From: Euglena gracilis
Lineage: Eukaryota
Direction: 5' to 3'
Length of the DNA: 64,000 bases
Assembly (NCBI GenBank): GCA_039621445.1
Contig: CP154954.1
Span: 39,145,816-39,209,815 of the forward strand
A program made the translations under genes and the position numbers. Under the pieces are notes generated by a model. The model did no database searches and was not told the DNA's origin. It saw nothing but the letters and a program-made list of their open reading frames with translations. Below, in pieces: positions 25,843-38,012 of the stretch; the first letter of the stretch is position 1, and each line of letters starts with the position of its first letter.

Positions 25843-27813
25843 AACCCCAGGCCGAGGGATTTCTCCCAGGCGGATGCCCTGGTGGAGAAAGCCCTGGAAA
25901 TTATAAATTATTTTCAGCCAAAGTTGTGGTGGTTGGAGAACCCCCGCACTGGTCTCTTGCGAAATAGGGAGGTGGTGAAAAACCTGCCCTTTATCGACAT
26001 TGATTATTGTCAGTTTTCGGATTGGGGTTATAAAAAGCCCACACGTTTCTGGTGCTGCCCAGCCATTTCACAACTACGGTCGGTGTTGTGTGATGGCGAA
26101 TCATGTCCTAACCTGGTGATGGGGGACAATGGGCAGTTCCGGCACCGTGAATTGTTGGGGGGCAGAAAAATGAAGTTTACCTCCCGACAAAAAGGAAGGA
26201 TACCCCCCCTGGTGATTGATTATCTCCTAAGTGCTGGGGATATTCTGGGGGGCCAGCCCAAAGAAATTTCCCAAAATTCCCAGGATTTTGAGGAATGGGA
26301 AATTCCAGACCGTTGTCGTCATTTGGCCAACACCTTGAAGGTTAATCAGGTGTTGCCCATTGAAAACGAGCTGCAACTTTTGATGTCATCACAGACGTAT
26401 CTCCCTAACGGAGATGCCAGGCAGCTCAGAATTTTGGTTGACACGGGAGCCCAGGTGAACCTGGTCAAAAGGTCCATCGTCCCAAAACATTTGGCCAGGT
26501 CACCGCAAATGCCAATTCAGCTGGTGGCTGCCAACGGCCAATGTGTTTTGGGGGGCGACCAGTGTATTAAGTTGGAGTTGGGTTTTCAACGCAGGGGTAC
26601 GGGGCAGGGGGGCACCCAGGCCTTGTACCTCGAAGGGGAATTCTACCTCGCGGATATTGAGGTAGATGCTATATTATCATTTCCATGGTTAGCCGAACAT
26701 GGTCTGGGTGTGTTCCCACACCATAAGGCTTTGGTTTTTGACAATCCTAATCTGACTTTCTTGTACGGGTGGGATACAAGAAATCAGAAACGGAAATCCC
26801 ATAAGGGGAAGAAAAAACACAATTCACAAAAAAGAATTGGGGTTGTGGTTTCTGACTCCGGTGAATCCCCTGAAAACGCACCAACCACGGAGTCCCTGGA
26901 AAAAGAAAAGGTGTGGTTGGACCTGCAAAAAATGAATTTGCACCTACCCTTGCAAGGCTTTGATATGCAACCAAAATTCCTTGGCAAGAAGGAATTGCAT
27001 ACCATAGCCAAGCATCTCAACGAATCGCCAGCCGAGGACAAGGCAGTGAATGCCATAATCCAGGCTCGCGATTCGGGTGAGAAGGAGGACCCCAGGGTGG
27101 TAGCATTTCGGGATAAAATTTTTCAGGATTATGAAGGGGAGGTGTTGGGTACGGAGGTACCCCCTGACCCTCCCGTACGGGGACCTTATGGTTACGCCCA
27201 GATTCCTCTGAAGGAGGGGGCTGTACCCACAAGGCAAAAACCCTTTGTCTTACATGGTGAAAGATTTGAAGCTCACAAAAAGGTCACACAGGAATGGTGG
27301 GACCGGAAATTTGTTGAGCGATTACCCAAGGGAACAGCTTCGGAATGGCTGTCCGTAACGTTTGTAGTGCCGAAAAAAGGAGGTGAATGGAGGGGAGTGG
27401 TAGACATGCGGGGGCCTAACAGTCAAACTAGGCGTGTGTCCTACCCCCTTCCCGTAATTGAAGACCTCCTGGTAAAACAAGGTGGAAACATGATGTTTTC
27501 CATCTTGGATTTACGGCAGGCTTTCCACCAACAGCCGTTGGATCCGGAAAGCCGGCCCATCACATGTTGTAGTACCCCCCTCGGTCTTTTTCAGTGGAGG
27601 GTTAATGTGATGGGTCTAACAAACGCAAGCCAGCAGTTTCAACAAATGATGGAGGATCGCCTCTTCCCAGTGGGGGACGTGGCTGATCCTTACATCGACG
27701 ACATTTTGATTGGAACTCGAGTGGGTCCTGGTGAGGATTTACTCGCAGCACACGACAAGGATTTGCGAAGAGTCCTTGAAGTTTTACGAAAAGACAGATT
27801 TGTTTGTAGCTGA
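25843..27813 (+). pseudogene. pol: Inverted segment of B: C5-MTase C-half, aspartic protease, reverse transcriptase
   Basis: WWLENP (ENP at 25936), DYCQF...GYKKPTRFW, RIPPLVI; ILVDTGA (DTG at 26440), ILSFPWL; WRGVVDMR, LDLRQAFHQ, MGLTNA, YIDD (27691). Confidence 0.92.
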
Positions 27814-29113
27814 CAAAAGAAAATGCCGTCTTTTCGTAAAAGAAGTTGAGTTTTGTGGCCATGTTCTGGGTGGTGGGGTGAGAAAACCATCCCCTGGAAA
27901 GCTGATGGCCATTGAAAAATGGGAGCTACCCCAAACAATCACGGGTCTACGTGCTTTTTTGGGGTTCACAAATTATTACAGCTCATATGTGAAGGATTAC
28001 GCCCACATTGTCGCTTGCCTTCAAGATAAGCTCAAAGTTTCACGAGTGGACGGCAAGAAGGGTTCCAAGAAAAGGATTTCTTGGGAGCCATCCGACATTG
28101 AGGCATTTGAAAAAATTAAATCACTGTTGTGCAGTGAATTAATTTTACAACACGTTAAGCCAGACAAACCATTTGTTTTAAGAGTGGATGCCAGCCAGTA
28201 TGCGGTTGGTGCCACCCTTGAACAATTGGTTGGGGAGGATAGGGCTCCTACTCCAGAAGATGTACGGGCCAAGCGTACTGTGCCTGTCGCCTTCATGAGT
28301 AGGAAGCTAACGGGCAGCCAAAGAAACTGGGTACCTAGGGAACAGGAGACTTATGCCATAATCCTAGCCTTACAAAAGTGGGAATCATGGATTGGGCTGC
28401 AGCCCGTCCTGGTTCTCACGGACCACAAGGCTCTAGAATCTTGGGCTAGAGAGGTTCTAGACACGCCAAGTGGTCCCATTGGGAGAAGGGCTAGGTGGCA
28501 TCAGATTTTATCAAAATTTGACTTGTCGGTTGGGTATATCCCGGGGCGGGAGAATACCATAGCCGATTTGTTGTCAAGATGGGCTTACCCGGCCTCCCAA
28601 GCCTTGAAGGACATTTCAAGGCATGGGTCAGCCCTTGACACCGAGGAAATGAGGGAAATCATTCAAACAGAAAAAATGGAGGAAGCCGAATGTATGTGGC
28701 TACGGTTGGTGGACCAACCAACCACAGCCAACACATACATTCGTGGAGTCACCACACGGGGTGGTGCTACCACGGGGTCCGGGGACGCGGGTGGACGGTG
28801 CACACGACCGGGGGATAGGAAGTCAGAACCACTTGGAGGAACAAAACCCCAGGGTATGGGTTCAACCTCCACCCCCAAGGGAGAAAAAGGAAAACATGTT
28901 TCATTCTCAACTCGGGTTGACGAGTTTGGGAATGAGACAAGTCTTGTGGAGGAGGTCCAAGAGCCAAGGGGGGAGCATTTTCCATTGACACCCACTTCTA
29001 TACCAGCTTCGCCAACAATGCCAACCCCTGAACCTGCTGCTGCGGCTACCACTGAGGTACCTGGGGCAGACCGAGAATCACCTGTGTTGTCTTCAGGTGG
29101 TTTGAGTGGTTAG
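27710..29113 (+). pseudogene. pol: Inverted segment of B: RT connection, RNase H and linker
   Basis: VEFCGHV, LRAFLGFTNYY, VDASQYAVGATL, PVAFMSRKL, EQETYAI, VLTDHKAL, ENTIADLLSR. Confidence 0.93.
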
Positions 29114-29163
29114 GGGGGGAAGCCACTTCTACAACCGATTCCTCACCCATCCCCCCTGGTTCT

Positions 29164-29681
29164 GTGTGGGATTTATCCTGGAAGGAGGAATATTTAAAAT
29201 GTCCCCGTTGGTCACCAATTTTTCAAGCTACCCAGGATTCAAAGGTGCCGTGGCCTGAAAATATAAAGGTTTTTGGTGACAAAATGTTTTTCGAGGAGAG
29301 GCTTTGTGTGCCCAAATCTCTCCAAGAAAAACTCATTCGGGATCACCACTCATACCAAGGGCATGTGGGATTCCCAAGGCTATGGGAATGCATGTCCCTT
29401 AGGTATGATTGGGCTGATTCCTCACTCGCTCGAGATTTTGCTAAAGGAGTCATGGGCCTTTGTGGGACTTGCCAAGCGTGCCGAAGGCCGGCGAGTCTTA
29501 AGGGTTTAGTGGAATCTACACCCATACCCCCAGCCGTAATGTATTCGATGGCCCTTGACATGTTTAGCATGCCTCTCGTGGAGTGGGAAGGGAATTCTTA
29601 CGACTCCATGCTTGTGTGTGTGGATCGTCACTCCGGTTGGATAGTGGCGATCCCCCACCTAGCAAAAGGATTTACGGGAGC
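29164..29681 (+). pseudogene. pol: Inverted segment of B: integrase zinc finger and start of catalytic core
   Basis: HH...GHVG...CGTCQ, MALDMF, VCVDRHSGWIVAIP. Confidence 0.92.
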
Positions 29682-30304
29682 CAGGGGGGACTTGCGGCAA
29701 TAACCTCAAAAAATCCAACCGGGTATCGCCTGTAGTCCCAGGTCAAAATGTCTGTGTGGGGGTGGAAGTCCGTCCAAGGAGCATTTTCAATTGACAAAAC
29801 TTCATACCCCCGTTCTGCCAACCGCCTCCCTACTGAACCCGTGCCAGCGAATAAGTCTAATGCCTGAGGTCGCTGGGCTGATGGTGGGGGGTTGGGCTGT
29901 GGCAGGTTTGTATGCAAAATGGGAACCCTTGAACATTTCCCTTCCCTCCAGGAGTAACGAGTCCGATTCAAAGATCTGGGGGGCTGATCCAAAGAATGTT
30001 TTTCACCACACCCTGAATCAGCCATAAAATCCTGTACAACCCAGTTTTTTGAATCAGAAATATTTACACCGTTTTCCTCACAGGGGGGAGAGACACGGCC
30101 ATGGGCAGCCCCCCCCCTTCTCAAACTGCCCCTGGCCCCTCTATTGGGCCCCAGGGGGAGAAGAGGTGGGCCCACCCCCCTTTGACCATGCACCCCCCTT
30201 GCCTGAGGAATTTCGCTGAGTGGCTGGCTGCCCTTTACCCTTGGGCTGCCCCTTGCCTTTTCCATTATTTTGCCAAAATTCCTTAGATTTAGCAAGGGCC
30301 TCAC
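29682..30304 (-). pseudogene. Element B post-Gag linker plus N-half of a C5-cytosine DNA methyltransferase
   Basis: LDLFAGTG (motif I FxGxG, 29837-29860), EVLSIE, DILTWD, IAASPP (motif IV, cut at the expected Cys codon). Confidence 0.88.
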
Positions 30305-30309
30305 TCAGC

Positions 30310-33300
30310 GGTTTATCACACTCATAGAAATAATATCAACCCTCCCCACAGTTGAAGCATGGGTATGGCGACCTGCCCCGACCCGATGCCTGCGGGGTCC
30401 AGGTCTGCCCTCCCTTGCCTTGCCGGGCTGGGGGTGCTGGACTTTGGGTTCGCGACCATGAAGCTGCACCTGGCCGCGAAGACGAAGAAGGGGACCTGCC
30501 CCGCTGGGCTGGCTGGGCTGGCCCCTTATCTCCCTTTGGAGCTGGCTGTGGGGCAGATTTTGAGGTGTGACCCTGCCCCCCGGCCGCTGGTGCTGAAACG
30601 GATGTTGGGGACACCGGGGGGGTCTGGCCTTTTTCCAACACCTGTATTTTCCCCGAGCCTTTTGTTGTCGATTTGCTGAATAATCTGGGAAAATGGTGCT
30701 GATTCAAAGCCAAATCCTGCTTCTCCCGAAGAGCCAACCTGCCCTCGGCAAAAGCAAACATTTCCTCAACGGTCATTAGTTGTTCCACCAATTCGGCGTT
30801 GAGGAAATTTTCCATTCCCTGCAATTTCCTTCCATTTACGGCTGTTAATTTCAGTGCCTCCTCCGAAGAACTGAAATAAATAAGGCAAATGGCACCAGGG
30901 TTTTTGATAACCACTTTCCGTGGATCAATACCCCCTGTGATCTGGCTCACACTCCTTTTAATCCCATCCACCGTGGGATTTGGTATCCCTGTGAGCCTGA
31001 CAATGGGTTGTTTACGGGCTCGGTTATCCTCCTCTTCTATGCAAAACTTGCTTAAAAAAGGAGGAATTCTTTCCAAAAATAATCTCCGAGCCTCCCCAGC
31101 TGTGGCATCCTTTACATGGTGCCAGGCACTGCAAAATTTAATCCAAAATTCTTGCAGATCAGCCCGGGTAATTTTTCCTTCGTTTACCATAGTTACCTCC
31201 TGCCATATTTTCCGAGCCGTCAGCCCCTTACTCGAGGCATAACGGTTCTGGAATTGGGCTAATATGGTGGGGTAACTTAATTTAGCTCCATTCAACCGAT
31301 AGAGCCTGATTTCCTCCCTTAATCTGGGTCCTAAACATGCCTCAAAAACCTGCAGCTTTTGCAAATCAGAATACGGTTTCCCTGATGTCAACCTATCCCA
31401 GTAAAGATTCCAATCTACTTCAAAATCTTGCCAGGAAATGCTGCCCGCTTCATCAAAATAGGGCTTAGCACCTCCCTGCAAAATTTCAAAAGCTACTGGG
31501 TCACCGATAAAAGGAAAACCCAACCCGTTACCTGGGTTGGCTGCAGCCCCCCCTGTCCCGATGGGCCTAATCGAGAAAGCAGGGGCTGCAGGACATGCAC
31601 ACAATGACACAGAAGAAACCACTGCCGTATCTTGTGTGTCCTCCAAAACAAATCCCCCCTCAATAACTAAGGGAGGGGAAATGTTTGAACTTGCAGATTT
31701 ATTCTGAGAAATAATCTGATCTGAAAATGCTGGGTCAGCACTGGGCACCGTGCTGGCCAGTGAGCTGGAAGGCTGCCCCAGGGGCTGCTGCTGTCCAGCC
31801 GACGGCAGGCCCAGCCCCCTTGGCAGCCCGTGAGCAGGCTGCGACTGGCCTGCTGGCTGGCCAGGCTGCTGGGGCTGGACGACGGGCTGCTGGGCCAGCT
31901 GCTGCCCAGGCTGTGGCAGCTCCACTGGGTGTAGGGGCTGCTGGCTGCCCTGCCGCAGCCACCACATGTCAGAAATTTTCTGCAAAACTCCTCTCGGTTC
32001 TGCAGTTGGGTGTACGGGTCCATTTTTTTGTAAGTCCTGCAACACTTTCTGCAACTCGAAAGTGTTCCCCCCAACTTTTGCAAGTCCCTGCCTTAATTCC
32101 TCCACCAGCCCACCAAATTTTTTCTCCTGGGAAAAAATCTGCTGATGAACACTCTGAAAATTCTGCTGACAATCCGTCAACAATTTTTGCATTTCTGAGT
32201 GTCGTTTCCCTACTTCATCTGAAATATTCTGGTGCAGTTTCTGAATACCACCACCAAAACCATGGAGGGCCGTATTCATTGCTGAATTTTGCTCACCCAG
32301 CTGGCGAACATAATCAGCGAACTGCTGGAGCTGCTGAGCCTGGCCCTGTACCGTACTACGCAGCGATACCAGGTCAGCCTGAACTTCAACGATTTTGGCA
32401 GCGACAACGGCCAGCTCCTGGAGAGTTTCTGCCTCCCCCCCCTGAGCTGGCTGGGCGGCTTTAAAATTCTCAGCAAACCGCTGAAAATTTTCAAGCACGA
32501 GATCCTTAATTGGAAAGGCAGCCACCTGATTTTGCACTTGTTTCAAAATTTCCTGTGGCAGGTTGTCCAAAATTCGTAAAAATTCCTGCCTCAGGGCCAA
32601 AAACTGATCACGGCTCGAAGAAAACTGCTGGGCCAGTTTTTCCTCAAAACTTTTTTCCTGCCCAACAAAAAGTTCAAGTGCCTGTGCGTCAATTTTTTTG
32701 CACAGAAATTTGCACCTGGGCTTCACATTTTTTCTCAAAAATTTCAGAAATATGGAGGCAGTCAGCCCTGGCCGTTTCTTCGATTCGTGCAGCCATGTGC
32801 TCCACCAGGTGGATGTCGACTGCGGGGGGTTGTTGCTGCTGCTGCTGCTGTTGCAGAACCCACTCTTCGTTGGCTTTTTCCAAAGCCAAAACCCGAAAAT
32901 TCAGGTGCTGCACAGTCCACTGGAGGTCTCTGTTACTTTGTAAAAATTGCCGCCAGGGGTCTTCAAATCCCTGATTTTGTGAACCCCCCCTGGGGGTGGC
33001 TTCAGAACTTTCATAGGCTGGGGGTTGGACCTCCTCCTCACCCCCCTCGATGAAAATATGAGGAGGCTGGGGGGCTGCAGCAGCTGCTGGCTGACCGTGA
33101 TCAACCTCACGGTGCAGCCGTTTTTGCTGAACTTCATCACTGCCTGGTGATGAAGCCGGTGTTCGGGGTCGTCGAGCAGAAGTAGAGCTGGGCTGGTCCT
33201 TCCGGTTTTCCTCTGCCTGCTCGACTTCTGCTCTGACCCGTTCGCCGCTGTCCCAGTTATTATTATCGTTTAAGCCCAGCACATTGACCTGTGCTTGCTT

Positions 33301-34411
33301 TTCAAAGAAAACTGGGCTGGGGTTATCACCCCCCTGCCCTGCCGAGGCACTTCCCGTTTCCTTCGCCAGCCCATCTACCTGGGATGGTTGGGAAAACTGC
33401 AAAAGTGCCACCGGCTCTTGGGCTGGTGTTGAAGAAACTGGTTGAGCTGGAGGCAAAGGCAATGCAAAAGCGGGTAATGAGGCAGCTTCCTTAAAATTTT
33501 GTTTTTTTTTTTTTTTTTTCCCTCTTTTTTTTTTTTTTTTTTCTTTTTTTTTTCTTTTTCTTTCTTTTTTTTTTTTTTTTGTTTTTTTTTTTTTTCTACC
33601 CTGTAAAAGTCTGGGAGAGGTTGCAACTCAGGCAGCACAAAACCGTACCCCATATTTTGCAAAGGCAAAACCCCTGAAAAAGGCTCTGGAAAACACGGTT
33701 GGTTGGAAATGACAACCTGGCCATCCCCACCCTGAAATTCCAACATCTGTCCCATATTTGTGGGGGTTCTGAGTTCAGATAAACTGGTTTCGGGTCCCAA
33801 CTCCCTGTTCCCCGAAACTCCAATCGTCAGATTTGCCAACTGAGATTGGGCCATTGGCTGATCATCAAAGAAAACATTCTGAGCAGGGATTTCATACCCA
33901 AAATTTCCGACAGAAGGCTGAAGGATCAACCTCTGCTTACCATTTTTCACACCCGTGCTGCTGTGTCCCCCGGCAGCGCTGGGGTGAAGCGGAAACCCCC
34001 GCCCCGGGCCAGTTTCCGGCGTAGGATCGTTTTTTGGCTCCTCGAGCCGACTTGTGTCGGAAATTTTTTCCCATTCTGGCCCCCCCTGTGGCCGAAACTG
34101 GGCCATCATTTCCAACGAGGAACTTCCCAGTGGACCCTCCCCGACCCCTGAGGGGGGTGTCACTGGGATCTCCAAGGGGGGTGCCTTTGGGGTTTCAACC
34201 CCTCCCTGCTCAGCTGAACCAGTGAGAGCCAACACCCCCCCTGGGTGTCATTTCTCACAGTTTCTGGGCCAAAAAGGGGGTTTTGGGGTGAAAAATGGCC
34301 TGTGGTTGCCTGAGTTGAAGAGACCCACCCCCCTGCCCCTTTTCCCACAGATGAGGTGGGGGGAAGACAAACCTCTCCTTCTTCAAATGATTGATTTTGT
34401 TGATCTTCCAT
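30310..34411 (-). pseudogene. gag: Element B gag-like ORF (coiled coil, capsid-like region, degenerate CCHC knuckle), frameshifted
   Basis: ORFs 34235-33375, 33462-32689 and 32738-30336 tile upstream of pol; ends CFNCGEG...YFYEC. Confidence 0.8.
33923..33942 (-). promoter_or_regulatory. Primer-binding site of element B (initiator tRNA-Met-like)
   Basis: Minus-strand TGGTAAGCAGAGGTTGATCC directly after the 5' LTR. Confidence 0.8.
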
Positions 34412-35029
34412 TGCAATTGAAATTCCAAACTCAATTCTTGATTGTAATTGGATGTATTTGCCCACAACAAGTACAATGGTGTAAAAGGTAAAGAGGAAAA
34501 CCCTGTGAAAAGAAAATGATTTTGATGCCCTTGATGGGCAGTTAAATTTAGGATTGAGTGCGCTGATTCCTAAGCGCTCTCAAATCCCAAATTCTTGCCC
34601 ATTGCATCAAAATCAACCAACCAAAGTCAAAATCAAGGTGTCCCCCCTTGATTTTGATAAATTATGCTGAATTCCATCATTATTGAGCTTTGCAAACCCC
34701 TGCAAAAACTCCAGGAACTCAGGCGCCAATCTCTTAAAATTCTGTTCCAAGCGCTTGCAAGCGCTCTCACTAAATCCAACATTTTCCCTCAAAACCAAAG
34801 GAGAAATGCATAAAAAGCTTAAATTGTGCTAAAAACCCAAAATCACCCTTTGGGAATACCTAGCATCACTCAATCTCTCTCCTTGCACAACCAAACCATG
34901 GGCGCCCTGGGAGAGGGAATTTTAATGGAAATCTTTAGAAAGCCTTAAAATTAGAGCAAAACCGCCCTCAAAAGGCCTTCTAAAAGGGAAAAACTCCGCC
35001 GCCCGGCGGTCGACCTCAAACGGTCGTCA
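33943..35029 (-). repeat. 5' LTR of element B
   Basis: Near-identical to 21504-22594; flanked by the TSD and the PBS. Confidence 0.95.
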
Positions 35030-35033
35030 CACC

Positions 35034-36440
35034 AGTATCTGGACCAGGCTGCTGGCTATCCAGCTGCGGAATTTCTGGAGAATTAGCACAATGGCATATG
35101 TCTCCTTTTCGCGAACGCTCCGTTTAACCTGTCCTTTCCCGTTGTCGCCCTGTAGCTTCCTGCTGAAGAAAGCCACAGGTCGGAGTTTATTTGCCGCATT
35201 ATGCTGGATAAGAACCCCGCCAACAGCGTAATCGCTGCTGTCGACCTCCAGGACGTACGGTTTGTATGGATCCGCGATATCGAGAACCACGTTCTCGACG
35301 AGCAAGTCCTTGATTTTATTTAAGGCCTCGCGCATTTGGTCATCCCAAATGACTTTTGCGTTATCGGGTGTCCGATTTTTGAGTTGTCGGGTTAGGGGTA
35401 CCGCGATTTTCGCGAAATCTTTCATGTAAATCGCGTAGTATTGGGCTAATCCCAAAAATCCCTTTAAATGCGTTAAGGTCTTAATGACCTCAGGAGTCCA
35501 TTTCTTAATGGCCTCCATCTTGCTGGGTGCGGCTTGACGCTGCCCGTTGCTCAGGATATGCCCGCAAAACTTAATAATTTTGCGAAACAGGTGCATTTTG
35601 GAACCCTTGACAAACAGCACATGCTTTTTGAACGCGGATAATACCGCCCGCTCATCGCGATAATGCGGTTCGAGGATATCCTCGCCCGATTTCGCGGATG
35701 GCGGTTGGGTTCCCACCAGTACATCATCGATGTACACCAGAGCAAACGGTAATTCGCGCAAAACCCACTGGATCATGCGTTGAAACATGGCTGGGCCATT
35801 CTTAACACCCATAGGGAGTACCGTCCATTGGTACACACCCTTGGATGTCACGAATGCCGTGTACAGTTGTGAATCAGGGTGCAAATACATCTGATGAAAA
35901 CCGTCTTCTAGATCAAAGATTGACCACAACCTGTTATCCGATTGTTTGGTGATCAAATCCTCGATCAGCTGTACCGGGAAGGGGTCATCCTTCGTTTGGG
36001 AGTTCAGGTACCGGTAATCCAGCACCAATCTCCACTTCTTCTGACCAGACTGGTCAGCGGGTTTGTGCACCACAAAAGCTTGTGATGTCCATTCGCTCTT
36101 GGAAGGGATAATCCACTTCCGCTGGATGAGCTTCTCAATCATCTCGTTGAGAGCTTGTTCGCGTTTAACCGAACAACGGAAGAATTTCCGGTGCATGGGC
36201 TTAGCGCCATCCTTGAGCTCGATTTTGCAAACACCGAACAGACCGCGAATCGCGGGGTCGATGTCGCAGGCGTAAACTGGGTTATCCAGTACACCATGGA
36301 ATTCGCGAGTAATACGCGAACAATAGTCAGCAGACTTGGGGTGTTGGTCCGCACTCTCAATAACCGCAGAAATGTGCGTTGAGGGTGTGGCATCCCCATT
36401 GGTACCAGGGTATCTTGGCACACGCAAATCGGATATTCCG
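35034..36440 (-). pseudogene. pol: Element A pol: reverse transcriptase and RNase H (interrupted by B)
   Basis: WRLVLDYR, FDLEDGFHQ, LPMGVKNGP, YIDD, FLGLAQYY, VDSSDYAVGGVL, PVAFFSRKL, EKETYAI. Confidence 0.96.
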
Positions 36441-36870
36441 TATGCGTCAAAGAAACAAACGCGAAAAATGATTTCTTTAACAGGTGGTAAAAATAATCTA
36501 CAAAAGTCCTCGAATAGTGGTACATCAGCGGGTAAATCCCACCAATGAAAACATACATAGGATAGTTTGATGAAACCAATCCGCATTCGGATTGACGGGT
36601 ATGAGGAGAGATCCTCGCGCTTCATCGCGGAGGATTTTATACACCACAGCCAGAAGAAGTTTAGGGGGAGGGTTCAACCAAAGCACCGTATCACCCCAAA
36701 TTTTAAGGAATGTGTTGGAGTGTCGCGACCAATGTCGCGACAAGCGTGCATGTGCTTGTGATGAAAACGCATCAATTTCCAACGACAAATCGAAGGAATC
36801 AGCCAAAGCCGCGATTTTGGAGAACCATTCCTCCAAAATACGGTATTGACCAAAATTAAATTCGTTCCAT
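36440..36870 (-). pseudogene. Dam-like (N6-adenine/N4-cytosine-type) DNA methyltransferase domain in element A pol
   Basis: IDAFSS (36759-36776), W-x4-LWLNPPP (NPPP at 36663-36674), LLIP-x5-WF, WWDLP; spacing resembles the DIRS1-type MT/Dam domain. Confidence 0.75.
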
Positions 36871-38012
36871 ACGCGCATCGCGTATGTGTCAACCTGGTTC
36901 GCAGGTCGAAGAGCGGTAACGCAATTCAGGGAACCGCAAACATAGGCCAAGGGTGTGTCATCCACACTCCCAAGGGGCATTCCCAAAGGTTGATGGGTTG
37001 GATGGGTGCATACCCAGTACATATCATGCCAGATGGAGGTGGGGGAGGTGTGCGACACGGATTTCGCGGTCCCAAACAACAAGGCAATTCCTCGTTGTTG
37101 CAGCACTTGATGTACGGTCGCGCATTGCGATCCGCAACCAAGTGTATGGGTTCGCGAAATCGGGATTAGTGTTGATGTTTGGACTAAACATCCACAATCG
37201 AAATCTGGCTGGGCGGAAATTCTCCTACAGTGCACACATTGGAAGGAAGTGTCGGAGTAGTGGTCCTGGTCGCGCATGTTTGTCTGGTGGGGTTGTGTGT
37301 AAAAGTTGGGTTGCGCTTGTGTAGCTGCTGGGGGGCGTACAGGTGTATCTGAAAGCGATACATCTGGTGGAAAACGGGGTATTGGTGCAGCTGGGCGACT
37401 ACTCGACACCGTGATCACTTCAGGCCTTTGGGCTTTCGTCTTGTAACCCAGTGGAAAGAGGGGGGTACCGCTTCTCGCTTGCCCTGCCTCATGGGGAACG
37501 GAAGTTGGTGTGTCAATGGGCAGGGGGTGAACTTTCTCGGTACTCCCGGTGTGGAAAACGTTGGTAGGTGTGGTTGGTAACGGGGTAAAAGTTTTTGAAA
37601 ACGGTGTGGAAAAATTGGTGGCTGTCGCGGTTGACGCCACTGGTGATGAGGGTTTGGGGGGCAATGAAGAGAATGGTGATGTGCGCAAACCGTGGGAGTG
37701 GCAATCCACTACCAGCCGGTGCTGACGTAAAAAGGGGTATCCCAGAATTACGTCAGAACCATGGATTCCGGATTCGTATCCCCAGGTAGCCGGAAAATTT
37801 TGCGGTTGGGGGGGGTGTGAGTGGTGCTTGGGGATGAGGGGTAGGACTAAGTCCAAAAAGCATCCCAAGTCACCATCGCACATGGGGGTGTTGCCAGCCG
37901 TCGTAATTTTGATCGGCTTCTTGGCTTTCACCAAGGGGGGTGTTGGTATCAACCCGAACCGAAAAAGTGGTGCAATGCGACAACCAGTGTCAATGAGAAT
38001 TTTGACTTTTGC
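36871..38012 (-). pseudogene. pol: Element A aspartic protease and Pro/Thr-rich linker
   Basis: KILIDTGC near 37980-38004 and DVILGYPFL. Confidence 0.88.

Larger units (their letters stand above)
21504..35029 (-). mobile_element. Ty3/gypsy chromovirus LTR retrotransposon, family B (13.5 kb), nested in the RNase H of A
   Basis: Paired ~1.09-kb LTRs; TSD CACC at 21500-21503 and 35030-35033; removing B restores ...QILVLTD..., as in the uninterrupted copy near 51630; PBS and PPT present. Confidence 0.96.

Noticed and set aside
32192-32203. TTTCTGAGTGTC, a partial spliced-leader match
   Set aside because: Only 12 nt, antisense within the gag ORF and lacking the T-tract and CG; probably chance.
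33497-33596. Poly-Lys peptide from a long T tract in B gag
   Set aside because: Homopolymer expansion or base-calling degradation; no support for a real motif.
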